A program made the translations under genes and the position numbers. Shown one piece after another: positions 12,269 to 24,230 of a stretch of 64,000 nucleotides of DNA. Within the stretch, counting starts at the first letter, position 1. Every line of letters begins with the position of its first letter. Source of the stretch: Eledone cirrhosa (Eukaryota); assembly GCA_964016885.1 (NCBI GenBank), contig OZ024744.1, positions 66,836,001 through 66,900,000 on the forward strand, given 5' to 3'. The notes under the pieces were generated by a model that was not told where the DNA came from, ran no database searches, and was given only the letters and a program-made list of their open reading frames with translations.

Positions 12269-12906
12269 ATCATCATCATCATCATCGTTAAATGTCTGCT
12301 TTCTCTGCTAGAAAGGGTTGGACAGGTCTTCACAGATCGAGTCAGTACTGAAGCGGGGTTACTGACCTCCCAGACAGACCGGTGGTCTGCATTTCACTTA
12401 CATACGGTCCCACATTCTACTGAGTGTATTTTGGAAAGCTTTCTACGGTTGGATGCATATCCTATCACCAACCACTGTACAGCAGGTACTGTGTGTGTTT
12501 ATCGTGTTGATCACCAACACCAGGAAGGTTGCCATATCCTTGACACAACTGAAATATCTTCCCAACCCTTTCTTTGACAAACTTTCCAGGACTGGATGTT
12601 CTTCCTCAACATAGCATAGCCATGTCAACTAAGACATTCTTGATTTTCAGAAAAGCAGCAGCTAATTCAATGTCAACAAGTGTGATAAGCTGTTTATTCC
12701 ATGTACCATTCGGAAAGGATATCTCTGAAAAATTGAAGAGGTTGTGCATAGTGAAAAATAAAATGACGCGATATATTAATCAGGTCGAGAAATCGAGAAA
12801 TACTTTTTAACTCATTCGTTACCACTCCATAGGATGGCCCCTGTTTCCATGAAAAAAACAAAACAAAAACGAAACAAAAAAAACAACATATATTCTAAAG
12901 GGTACC

Positions 12907-13560
12907 TCATCTCATCTTATTTGTCCCGTAGTCTCGTGGTCCGTTGGGGTGCTACAGATGACCTGGCAATCATCTCCTTCTATTCCTCTCGCTTCTCCGG
13001 CTTCCTCATAGTTGCGCTCAGACTTATGCCTGTCCCTTCCGGGATGTTGTGCTCCCATTTCCTTTTCTGCCTGCCTCTCTTCCACCCTCATTCTACTGCT
13101 CCCTGCAGGACAGTCTTGGAAAGACCTAAATATCTTATCACGTGCCCGTACCATCTCAATTTGCGTTTCTTTACAATGGTCAGCATGTCTGCATAGAGCC
13201 CAATGGCTTGCCAAATTCTGTTTCTTACCTCCTCATTAGAGATGTGGTCTCTGTAGGTGATACCAAGGAGCTTTCAGAGGCCTCTCATCTCCATAGCCTT
13301 TACTCTTCTTTCCAGATCTACTGTTATTGTCCAAGACCCACACGCATACAAGCATATGGATATGACCAAAGAACGCATTAGTCTGATTTTTTAGCTGAGG
13401 GCTATAGTCTTTTTCATTATAGATGGTCTTAAGTTTTGTAAGTGCTGCTGTGGTCTTGGCAAATTTGGTGAGTACTTCGGTTTTAGATCCTTCATCTGAA
13501 ATAATTGCCCTCCAAGTATTTGAAACTGTGGACACACTCTAGTTTCTCGTCGTTGACCCA
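12907..13560 (-). mobile_element. RTE/BovB-like LINE 3' portion (degenerate)
   Basis: Across frameshifts: IISDEGSKTEV..KIRLMRSLVISICLYACGSWT..EMR..LLGITYRDHISNEEVRNRI..VKKRKLRWYGHV..GRQKRKW; (GATGA)n-type tail. Confidence 0.85.
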
Positions 13561-13678
13561 GGGTACCTACTTAAATTAAAGCGAAGAATGCCAAGTTCCA
13601 GCTTATGATTTATCGAATTTTGCCTTAGCAATCTTAATACAATCAGAAGCAAGTCATTGTGGTTTTGATAAAAAAAAA

Positions 13679-14220
13679 TCTATATATCTAAAACAGAGAA
13701 TGTCTGTCTGTCTGTCTGTCAGCTCACTAAAACTCGAGAACCACTCAACCGATTGTTTTCAAACTTTACACATGTAATACTTATGGTCTTGTGAGTGTCT
13801 TGAGCCAACAAATATTTCAAATTTTCAATGCCCTAGGGAACGCATTAGGCGATTTAGCGATCTCTCTCTATAATTCTTTTTAAATAGATACATAGATATA
13901 ACGTTGCGCCCTTATAATTGTTTCTACATTTGGCACAAGGCCAGTAATTATTCCAGTGCATTACTGGTAGTTTATTTACTGGCCCTTATAATATCTGTCT
14001 GTATGTCTGGCTGTTTGCATTACGGCATTATGACGCGGTGTGTGTGTATGTGTGTGTATATATAATGTGTATATATAATGTGTGTATATATGTGTGTATA
14101 TATATAGTGTAACGTTTTACGAAATATTTACTTCTGCGTTCACAGATTGATTTTTTTTAGTTTCAGAAGATCCCGTTAAGGGTGAAAGCAGCGATTCTTT
14201 GCTTAAACTTTAATCTGTTA

Positions 14221-14296
<76 letters not shown>

Positions 14297-14442
14297 TATA
14301 TTCGTGTATAGATATTTTTGCATACGCAATAACAAAATATAAACAAACGTATTTATTTCACGAGGCTCGATAAGGATAAATATATAACAAATATATAAGA
14401 ACCCTAGAGCAAATCCCGGGCAACGCCGGGCCATTCTGCTAG
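13679..14442 (+). mobile_element. Complete non-autonomous Helitron (family A)
   Basis: A|TC 5' end, (TGTC)n near the 5' end, 3' hairpin CCCGG-GCAACG-CCGGG followed by CTAG|T; inserted between A and T with no TSD. Confidence 0.85.
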
Positions 14443-15371
14443 TATATATATAAAAGATCGATGGTATGTTAGTTAAGAACATTTGTGTGCGTACGTGCGT
14501 GCTTACGTGCGTGCGTGTGTGTGTGTGACATAATGTTGTAACTAGCAGCATATATGGAGCATGTATTCATTTTGAAATGTGTGTTTGAGGAATTCTCAGT
14601 ACCAACCAACGACCAATGACCAAGGAATATAAATGATAGACTGAGAGTGTCAAAAGAATTGACAGCCATATTTTTTTATAAGAATTTATAAAAAGGGAGA
14701 CAATCAGGAAAATGTTTTTACTGTTTTTGTTGTTGTTTTTTAAACATTTTTTTTTTCTTTTTACAAATGTTAATTTTCTTGAAAACAGCTGCGCACGTTC
14801 TAAATGGTGGAATTTGTTTAAAAAAGGAGAAAAAGAAACAAAACAAAAACCTGTTGCTGCCATATTAAAAAACCAAACAAACAAAACAAAACAAAAAAAA
14901 ACATAATAAATATATGAAATGTATATGCTGGTATTTAAGCCAGGGCATACCATTTTAAACACCATGACCCAAGCTTATTCTCTTCCACATCACCACAACC
15001 TCGACGACGACGACGACCACCACCATCAAAACCACTACCACTACTACCACCTACCACCACCGCCACTACCACCACCATCACCACCACCACCACCACCACG
15101 ATCAAAACCATAACCACACCGCGACCAAGTCGACGGCGACGACCCAACCACCACCACCACCACAACTACAACCATCACCACGACCACGACTGCGACTACC
15201 ACTACGACCACAAACATCACCACCACCACCACCACCATCACCACCATCACCACCATCACAACAACCACTACCACTACTACCACCAAGGCACCATCATCAC
15301 CACCACGACCACAACCCCCCCGCTCCTCCTCCTCCCCCTTCTCCTCCTCCTCCTCCTCCTCCTCCTCCTCC

Positions 15372-15506
<135 letters not shown>

Positions 15507-16185
15507 CCATCACCATCAGCATCACCACCAGGATTATCTGGGAATATAGAAATTCCTCAGAAAACAATTCCCGCTGAAGTCAACTTTGCTTTTCGTCCTA
15601 TCGAGGTCGATAAAAAAGTACCAGTCTAATACTGGGGTGGATTCTTTCTCTATATCTCTTTCTCATTTTCCTCTCTCTTTCTCTGGAAGAAATTTGGGTG
15701 TACTCAGGCTCCATCGGGCTTTAAATATCCAAGAAAGAAGTTTGGTATAACTTGATCTATTTTCTCTTCAGTTACTTACATACATATGCCTTTGTTCTCT
15801 GTCCTCCCTTCTATCGGTATGTTTACTTCATTTTTTCGTTTTTTCCTTTTTTTTTCTTCTTTCCTTTTTCTTTCTTCCCCTCTCTTCACTATCACTTCTT
15901 TCCCTCATGGCCTTTTGATACATAAAAGGCCATTGGCGCACTACGGATCGATATTCTGTTTTAAGCGCCGAAACATCCAGGATCCATAGAAAACAGCTGA
16001 CGAAGGGAAACTTTTCTTCTCTTTTTTGTGACCTGATTACCTTCTAACACTTCGTTTCCAATTGCAGAAGGTAATTGCATTTCGGCTATTGGAAATTAGC
16101 GAAAAACAACTTCCGAAATGTGTGGCAAGCGGTCCATAGAAACTAGTGAGCTAGAGCAACAACATACGTTAAAAGACCAAACACA

Positions 16186-16299
<114 letters not shown>

Positions 16300-16904
16300 T
16301 GTGTAGCAGAGTAATTCGCACAACGCACACACACATATTTGTCTTAATAGACACATGAACTGTTGACCTGTCAACATGACTGCAATTCACACACACATCC
16401 CTACTGACCATTATCACAACAATGAACCTCTTTACTACACACACACACATATTTGTCTTAAAAGACTTATTTTTCAGTGACTTCTCAATCAGGCGAAAAA
16501 GGACACTCTTCGACAAACCTAATTTTGGCGCAAAATCAATTTTTAACATTCACGTGACCTCTACCGACCAATCAAAAATGTTTTGACCACAAGAATTTTT
16601 GCAACACGAATTGGCGCGAAACTTATTTTAATACCTCTGGAGCCACTTTTTTCACATAAAACAGGTAGAATTTCCAAAACTAAGCAGATTAGAGCAAACA
16701 TCACGGGCGCTCTATCTCATAATTATTTTTGAAAAGCATTAGAAATGCGCAACCGGTAAATACTTAAAATTAAAACTAAATACTAACCAATACTTATTAC
16801 TATTTTTACTTATTCCTAATTAAACTATTTTTCACTGGGAAAAATTTGTCAGCATTTTCTTTTCCTTTTACCAATATATATATATATATTTTACGTTAAC
16901 TATT

Positions 16905-17627
16905 TACGTTAACTATTTTTCCCATTTTCACGCTATAGTCACTTATATATTATGGAATACTGTTGGCTCTTTGCTACAATATCTTCTATACCTTTCATTT
17001 ATATATTTATACTCGGATTTCTTTCCTAAAGTGCTTAAATTATTTGTGACTAATCCCGGTATTTAAAAAAAAAACCGCGATAATATTGCTTTTTGCTGAA
17101 CTCCTCATTGTAGAGTTTTTTTCGGAATGTTTTTGACTGTTGTTTCTTGTAAACAAACATTCGTCTCATTCTGACGTCACCAGCCCTGTTTTTCCACATG
17201 TGCGTTTTATTTTCATAATCACGCATGATGGAAAATTAGCCTGCTTTTAATTCCCTTTTTGGCATATTAATCAGTGAGAAATTTGGTTATCGAGTTGAGC
17301 TCTGCTGAGGATAGGATTCCAGCCGTGACCATCTCCACTGAAAGTTTTCGTGAAATAGTCTTCAAGACTATACAGAGCATTTGTAGTTTTTCCAAATTGA
17401 AGGATGAGTCTTTTAAACTTTATTTTATCATGAGTTAAGGCTCTATTGATTTTTCCCTAGATTTCACTAAATTCTGTTGGATGAATCTATATCCTGATTC
17501 TTTTTGAATTGAGTTTGAATTATTTTCCCCACATCTTACGTTAACTATTTTCCCATTTTGACGCTATAGTCACTTATATATTATGGAATACTGTTGGCTT
17601 CTTGCTACAATGTTTTCTATACCTTTC

Positions 17628-17632
<5 letters not shown>
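16905..17632 (+). mobile_element. PLE pseudo-LTR-like unit with ~100-bp terminal direct repeats and a hammerhead
   Basis: 16905-17002 is repeated at 17537-17632; flanked by (TA)n; contains the HHR at 17299-17378. Confidence 0.65.
17299..17378 (+). ncRNA. Type I hammerhead ribozyme
   Basis: GCTCTG-CTGAGGA-[long imperfect stem II]-GAAA-TAGTCT TCA AGACTA-TA/CAGAGC; stem I GCTCTG/CAGAGC, stem III 7 bp, AUA cleavage triplet. Confidence 0.75.
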
Positions 17633-17679
<47 letters not shown>

Positions 17680-17717
17680 TCATCATCATCATTTTACGTC
17701 CGCTTTTCCCTGCTATA

Positions 17718-17762
17718 CTAGCAGAGGTACCATGCGTTGCTCGGGTATCAAATAGCAGTCAT
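17718..17762 (-). mobile_element. Helitron 3' terminus (family B type)
   Basis: Reverse complement reads CTGCTATTTGATACCCGAGCAACGCATGGTACCTCTGCTAG|T, like the ends at 27187 and 29248. Confidence 0.65.
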
Positions 17763-17929
17763 GTGTATGTATGTATTTATATGTATGTGTATATGTGTAT
17801 ATATGCATATGCACGTATATATGTACATATGTGTATTTATGTGTATGTATGTGTGTATATATGTGTGTGTGTATATTATATATATACATATTTGAATGTG
17901 TTTTCAGGCATATATGCATGCACGTGTGC

Positions 17930-17964
<35 letters not shown>

Positions 17965-17966
<2 letters not shown>

Positions 17967-18790
17967 AAAGGTAAATAACAACAGCAAGGAGTGGAGTTAC
18001 GAAAGGTGTTAGGTATTAGGTTCATGCTTGAGAGTGGGGTAGGGGTGGGGGTGACGTTTCGGGCATAAGCCCTTCAACAGGAGAATGGTGGGAAGGAGAG
18101 GAGTTCCGAGAAGGTGTGAGAGGGGTGGGGAGTGGAGGGGGGGATATTAAAATAACAGGAAAAAAAAATAAGGGGAAAAAGATTAAAATTTAAATAACAC
18201 ACGAGTGGGACAATAAATTGAAAACAAATGGTGAAAGGGTGTGAGGCGTGTATGGGTGGTGGTGGGTGGATGGATGGGGAGGAAGAGGGGGAGAAGGAAA
18301 TTGGGGGGTCCGAGCGGAGAGATCGGAAGGTGTGTTGTGTGTATTTGTGTAGGTGTACGTGTGTGCGCGTATGCGTGGATGTGAGTGAGAGTGAGGGGGA
18401 GAACGAGGTTCCATGCTCGGGTTTTAAGAAAATCAGTGTGTACATGGGGTGGTGTGTAAGTCTCTGTGTGTGTGTGTGTGTGTGCGCGTGTGGATGGAGA
18501 GGGGTAGGAAGGGGGTGGGGAGAGGGAGGGGTGATCCGGAGGCGAAGTGGGTGTACGTGAGGATACGTACTTGAAAATCCAAGTGGTTTCTCGTAGATAT
18601 CATGAGAGTGTGACCAGCGGTGTAGGATCCGTGAAATTGGTGAGGAGGAAGTAGAAAGTTGTGGGGCGCGCGCAACAGGAAATGGTCAAGAAGATCAAGG
18701 CAGGGGGTGGAGAAGGCAGATTGAAGTGTGCGAGAGAGGGGGAAGGGAGGAGAAGAGCATTCAAAGAGTAGTCAGTGTCAGAGGTAATGT
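17965..18790 (-). mobile_element. Degenerate Penelope-like 3' region with a decayed minimal hammerhead (18053-18080)
   Basis: Minus strand CTGTTGA-AGGGCTTATGCCC-GAAACGTC; downstream AAGCATGAACCTAATA resembles 5288-5303. Confidence 0.5.
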
Positions 18791-18896
18791 ATATGTATAT
18801 ATGACATACATATGTATGTATATCATATATACATTATTCTTAAACTCCGGAGCCGAGAATTATCTTGGTTATTCATCATCATCATCATCATCATCA

Positions 18897-19365
18897 TCAC
18901 CATTTTACGTTCGCTTTTCCCTGCTTGCAAGGGTGGGACGAGTCTTATTCAGCACAGCATCTCTCCACTTGTTACGGTCCCTCGTCATCTCCTCGGCGAG
19001 CTTCAGTGATCTGAGGTCAGCTCTCACCACCTCCACCCATGTTTTTCATGGTATACCTCTACTGCGTCTTCCTTCTACTGGGATTTTTTGGCACTTCTTT
19101 ACCCAGCGGTCAGCCTCCATGAGCATCACATGTCCATGCCATCTCAGTCTTCTCTCACGCACATCACAACTTATCCCTCTTATACCCAGTTTCTTTCTTA
19201 ACTCGTCTATGCTTAGTCGTTCACACACATTGATATTGCACGTCCAAAGGAGTATGCTTGCTTCATTTCTCTCCAGCCTTCGCATATCATCTGTAGTTTC
19301 TGCCCATGTCTCACTACTATGCAGCATCGTGCATCTCACTCAGGCATCATATAACCGGCCTTTCG
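18897..19365 (-). mobile_element. RTE-X-like LINE 3' portion
   Basis: VRCTMLHSSETWA..MRRLERNEASILLW..LRKKLGI..RERRLRWHGHV..VEGRRSRGIP*KTW; (GAT)n tail. Confidence 0.85.
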
Positions 19366-19369
19366 TACG

Positions 19370-19629
19370 CATTTATTCCATAAACGTGTTTTTGTCTTTG
19401 CAAGAAATCGTTCTCATCGCTCCACATAACGGCGTAATTATCCTCGCTTTTTTCCCATTCATTGCCAGGAAACGTCTTCACGAACCAAAATATCGTCTTC
19501 CTGTTTTCCTTCGGTTGTAACGTTTTTCGAAATATTTATTTCTGCGTTCACAGATTGATTTTTGTTAAGTTTCAGAAGATCCCGTTGAGAGTGAAAGAAG
19601 CGATTCTTTGCTTAAACTTCAGTCTGTTC

Positions 19630-19636
<7 letters not shown>
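19370..19636 (+). mobile_element. Helitron family A internal fragment
   Basis: 19515-19635 matches 14105-14225 and 29735-29850; 19375-19555 has an inverted match at 28380-28562. Confidence 0.6.
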
Positions 19637-19697
<61 letters not shown>

Positions 19698-19707
19698 TAT
19701 ATATATA

Positions 19708-20837
19708 TATTCGTTAGTTAAGCAAAGCAAGACCACAAATTTCACAAGGAAGATATTATTAAAAGATTGTCAACATATTTTAGTTTGATGTAAGGAATGT
19801 AGAGAATAATAATAATAATATTAATAATAATAATGTCCGTTTACAATTGTTTCGCTACTCCATATAATATTTCTGGATCAGATGACTATATATCATAATT
19901 GATCTGGTTCAGTTGAAAATAATTAACATATTTAAAAGACAGAGCGGCTCATCGGAACTTCAAAGGAATATAAATTAAAATAATGAGAGAATGTTACATA
20001 ATATAATGTTCCAAATATTGGTTTTTACTATGGTGTCTTGGTTGCATCAGTTGTCAGCCATAATCAAGCAGTATTCATCTGTCGAGGCTGCATTGTGTGA
20101 GATCTGCCTATGGGTAACAAGATGGCTGCCAAAGGACATATTTACCTTACTAATTAGAGGGTGGTTTCAGGGGAAGTAACTCCTCGAGAGGTTAGAAATT
20201 GTGGGTGTTTATAGTTAATGGCTAGGCAGACTATCATTGAATTCAACGGAGCACTCTGGACTAGAAAAGATAGAACAGACAAGTTTGACATTACGATGGG
20301 CTCAAGTGACTCCGCGCAAATCACCGATTTAGTTGGGATTTACCTATTACGTAACATCAGAACCGGTGTTACTTCCCCTGAAACCACCCTCTAATTAGTA
20401 AGGTAAATATGTCATTTGGCAGCCATCTTGTTACCCATAGGCAGATCTCACACAATGCAGCCTCGACAGATGAATACTGCTTGATTATGGCTGACAACTG
20501 ATGCAACCAAGACACCATAGTAAAAACCAATATATGGAACATTATATTATGTAACATTCTCTCATTATTTTAATTTATATTCCTTTGAAGTTCCGATGAG
20601 CCGCTCTGTCTTTTAAATATGTTAATTATTTTCAACTGAACCAGATCAATTATGATATATAGTCATCTGATCCAGAAATATTATATGGAGTAGCGAAACA
20701 ATTGTAAACGGACATTATTATTAATATTATTATTATTATTCTCTACATTCCTTACATCAAACAAAAATATGTTGACAATCTTTTAATAATATCTTCCTTG
20801 TGAAATTTGTGGTCTTGCTTTGCTTAACTAATGAATA
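19708..20837 (+). mobile_element. Internally deleted Penelope-like element: inverted pLTR pair around an RT fragment
   Basis: Near-perfect ~470-bp inverted repeats 19708-20180 / 20368-20837; spacer 20218-20367 encodes MARQTIIEFNGALWTRKDRTDKFDITMGSSDSAQITDLVGIYLL (PLE RT motif of the FDVTMGSxDxAxxxxLVGxYLL type); each arm carries an HHR. Confidence 0.85.
20581..20712 (+). ncRNA. Type I hammerhead, U4C core variant (mirror copy at 19836-19967, minus strand)
   Basis: TCC-TTTGAA-GTT-CCGATGA-GCCGCTC...GAGTAGC-GAAA-CAATTG-TA/AAC-GGA; palindromic stem III ACAATTGT; bulged stem I. Confidence 0.6.
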
Positions 20838-21013
20838 TTTACAGCTCTGCGCACCTAACCTCTGCATGAACCCACCCACCTAGCTGCTTTCTACTGCATA
20901 TTGCACATTGAGCACATGCCTTTACGCTTTGGCTTCTAACTAATTCACCAATCTCTCCTCTCATATCTCCTCTCCTATCTCCATCTCTCTCTTTAAGATT
21001 GGTTACTCTTGAA

Positions 21014-21055
<42 letters not shown>

Positions 21056-21145
21056 TCACTCAATATGCAAATTAGGCTGCTCAGCCGTTAATTTTCATAA
21101 GGAAAGTATATACTTTCGAACGTTCAACTATCTGGCAGATGGGTA

Positions 21146-21190
21146 AACGGTGCTGATGATAGCTAACAAGCTTGAAACTAGTACATCGTT
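21146..21190 (+). ncRNA. Minimal type I hammerhead ribozyme, copy 1
   Basis: AACGGTG-CTGATGA-T-AGCT-AACA-AGCT-T-GAAA-CTAG-TA/CATCGTT; stem I 7 bp, palindromic stem III ACTAGT, GUA cleavage. Confidence 0.88.
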
Positions 21191-21617
21191 CCTGTGTCAG
21201 TGTTGAACAAAAAGGTGACGTGGTTGCCTTAACACCGTATGGCATAAATTCGGGCTGTTCAGTTTGTTTACAAACGAACAAAGCGACGTTATAATAAGCA
21301 CCGCTAAACTGATACGTGCATATATGTATGTGTACCTGTATGCATATGTATATATATATGTATATATATATATATATATGCATGCTACTGTACGTCTGTA
21401 TACATATATGTATGTACGTATACATGCATACTTACATTTAAGTAAGTGCCATACTAAGAGTGAGAAATGAAATTTCGTTTTCATTTTGTTTCAATTTATC
21501 GTTTTCGGTATGCCTGACCGATTTAACTCACTCAATATGCAAATTAGGCTGCTCAGCCGTTAATTTTCATAAGGAAAGTATATACTTTCGAACGTTCAAC
21601 TATCTGGCAGATGGGTA

Positions 21618-21662
21618 AACGGTGCTGATGATAGCTAACAAGCTTGAAACTAGTACATCGTT
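21618..21662 (+). ncRNA. Minimal type I hammerhead ribozyme, copy 2
   Basis: Identical to copy 1. Confidence 0.88.
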
Positions 21663-21820
21663 CCTGTGTCAGTGTTGAACAAAAAGGTGACGTGGTTGCC
21701 TTAACACCGTATGGCATAAATTCGGGCTGTTCAGTTTGTTTACAAACGAACAAAGCGACGTTATAATAAGCGCCGCTAAACTGATACGTGCATATATGTA
21801 TGTGTACCTGTATGCATATG

Positions 21821-21852
<32 letters not shown>

Positions 21853-22095
21853 TATGTGCATGCTACTGTACGTCTGTATACATATATGTATGTACGTATA
21901 CATGCATACTTACATTTAAGTAAGTGCCATACTAAGAGTGAGAAATGAAATTTCGTTTTCATTTTGTTTCAATTTATCGTTTTCGGTATGCCTGACCGAT
22001 TTAACTCACTCAATATGCAAATTAGGCTGCTCAGCCGTTAATTTTCATAAGGAAAGTATATACTTTCGAACGTTCAACTATCTGGCAGATGGGTA

Positions 22096-22140
22096 AACGG
22101 TGCTGATGATAGCTAACAAGCTTGAAACTAGTACATCGTT
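22096..22140 (+). ncRNA. Minimal type I hammerhead ribozyme, copy 3
   Basis: Identical to copy 1. Confidence 0.88.
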
Positions 22141-22571
22141 CCTGTGTCAGTGTTGAACAAAAAGGTGACGTGGTTGCCTTAACACCGTATGGCATAAATT
22201 CGGGCTGTTCAGTTTGTTTACAAACGAACAAAGCGACGTTATAATAAGCGCCGCTAAACTGATACGTGCATATATGTATGTGTACCTGTATGCATATGTA
22301 TATATATATGTATATATATATATATATATATGTGCATGCTACTGTACGTCTGTATACATATATGTATGTACGTATACATGCATACTTACATTTAAGTAAG
22401 TGCCATACTAAGAGTGAGAAATGAAATTTCGTTTTCATTTTGTTTCAATTTATCGTTTTCGGTATGCCTGACCGATTTAACTCACTCAATATGCAAATTA
22501 GGCTGCTCAGCCGTTAATTTTCATAAGGAAAGTATATACTTTCGAACGTTCAACTATCTGGCAGATGGGTA

Positions 22572-22616
22572 AACGGTGCTGATGATAGCTAACAAGCTTG
22601 AAACTAGTACATCGTT
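22572..22616 (+). ncRNA. Minimal type I hammerhead ribozyme, copy 4
   Basis: Identical to copy 1. Confidence 0.88.
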
Positions 22617-22863
22617 CCTGTGTCAGTGTTGAACAAAAAGGTGACGTGGTTGCCTTAACACCGTATGGCATAAATTCGGGCTGTTCAGTTTGTTTACAAA
22701 CGAACAAAGCGACGTTATAATAAGCGCCGCTAAACTGATACGTGCATATATGTATGTGTACCTGTATGTATATGTATATATATATGTATATATATATATA
22801 TATATGTGCATGCTACTGTACGTCTGTATACATATATGTATGTACGTATACATGCATACTTAC

Positions 22864-22925
<62 letters not shown>

Positions 22926-22938
22926 TTATATATATATA

Positions 22939-23086
<148 letters not shown>

Positions 23087-23142
23087 TGTGAGTTTTTTTT
23101 AAGAAAATGAAAAATAACCGAGGTGTCCTACACGAGTGAAAG

Positions 23143-23466
23143 TATAAAGAAAAAAAGATGAAATCGAAAATACAACTGGAGTCTTATTTAAAAAAAAATA
23201 TATATATTTATTTGGTTCCTTTACCGGTTTCACAGTTCTTCTGCTTTTCAAAAGTAGAGTTGAGATGGAGGGTCTGTAGTTTTTCTCACATCTGTGAGAA
23301 AAACCACAGGCGTGAGAAAAACCACAGATGTGAGAAAAACCAGAGACCCTCCATCTAAACTCTACTTTTGAAAAGTAGAACTGCGAAACCGGTAAAGGAA
23401 CCAAATAAATATATATATTTAAAAAAAAATAAGACTCCAGTTGCATTTTCGATTTCATCTTTTTTT

Positions 23467-23473
<7 letters not shown>
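23143..23473. repeat. ~330-bp imperfect palindrome (foldback/MITE-like) with central GTGAGAAAAACCACAG repeats
   Basis: Arms TATAAAGAAAAAAAGATGAAATCG...CTCACATCTGTG and CACAGATGTGAG...CGATTTCATCTTTTTTTCTTTATA are reverse complements. Confidence 0.85.
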
Positions 23474-23519
<46 letters not shown>

Positions 23520-23616
23520 AAGAGAGAGGTACGTGTTTGTGTGTGTATGTGTGTGCGGACATTGTAACCTCCCCGGACACACGCAACGCACACACAGAGT
23601 CAGAGTAATCTAGTGT

Positions 23617-23656
<40 letters not shown>

Positions 23657-24230
23657 TGAAAGGTTGAGGAGTGTGTAAAGAATAAATAAATAAATATAAG
23701 TTAGAATTATCGAACACTGTTATCATTTTCTTCCTTCGCTCACCCTCTTTCTTTATTTCTCACCCCCTCTCTCTCTCTTTTTCTCATATCCTTTCTCTAT
23801 CTCATACCCCCTCTCTCTCTTTCTCTACAGAATGGAGAACAATCAAGAAGGCGCAAATCTCTCTGTCTTTCTGTTTATATATATATAGATAGATGTGTGT
23901 GTGTGTAAATCAGCGTACGTCGCCATTCTCTCTCTCTCTCCCTCTCTCTCTATCTATCTATCTGAATATATTGTACCTCTCTCTGTATAACGGCCTGTCT
24001 CACACTATCTCACTCCCTCTCCCTCTCTCTCTCTCTCTTTATATGTATATGTGTGTGTGGGTGCGCGCGTATGTGTGAGTGTGTGTGTATATTTCGTGCG
24101 ACCAACCAACCAATATTTATGAGTCCAAAACACTCCTGGAAGCATAACGCATGTTTGTTCCAAATTTGAAGAAAATCTGTTGCAAGCTGTTTTACACACA
24201 CACACACACACGCACGCGCGCACACACATA

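Larger units (their letters stand above)
21054..22867 (+). mobile_element. Tandem array of ~472-478 bp units, each with a minimal hammerhead (retrozyme-like / PLE pLTR array)
   Basis: Units start at 21054, 21526, 22004 and 22480 (last one truncated); nearly identical apart from internal TA-tract length; (TA)n on both sides; no recognisable coding content. Confidence 0.9.

Noticed and set aside
15997-16020. CTGACGAAGGGAAAC (and CTGATGAAGAGCC at ~11823)
   Set aside because: 5' half of an HHR only; no stem II closure or cleavage site
19991-20557. Two near-identical 62-aa ORFs on opposite strands
   Set aside because: Consequence of the inverted repeat
21081-22853. Repeated 66-135 aa ORFs in the tandem array
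   Set aside because: They start in TA/CA microsatellite, vary in frame between units and show no domain signature
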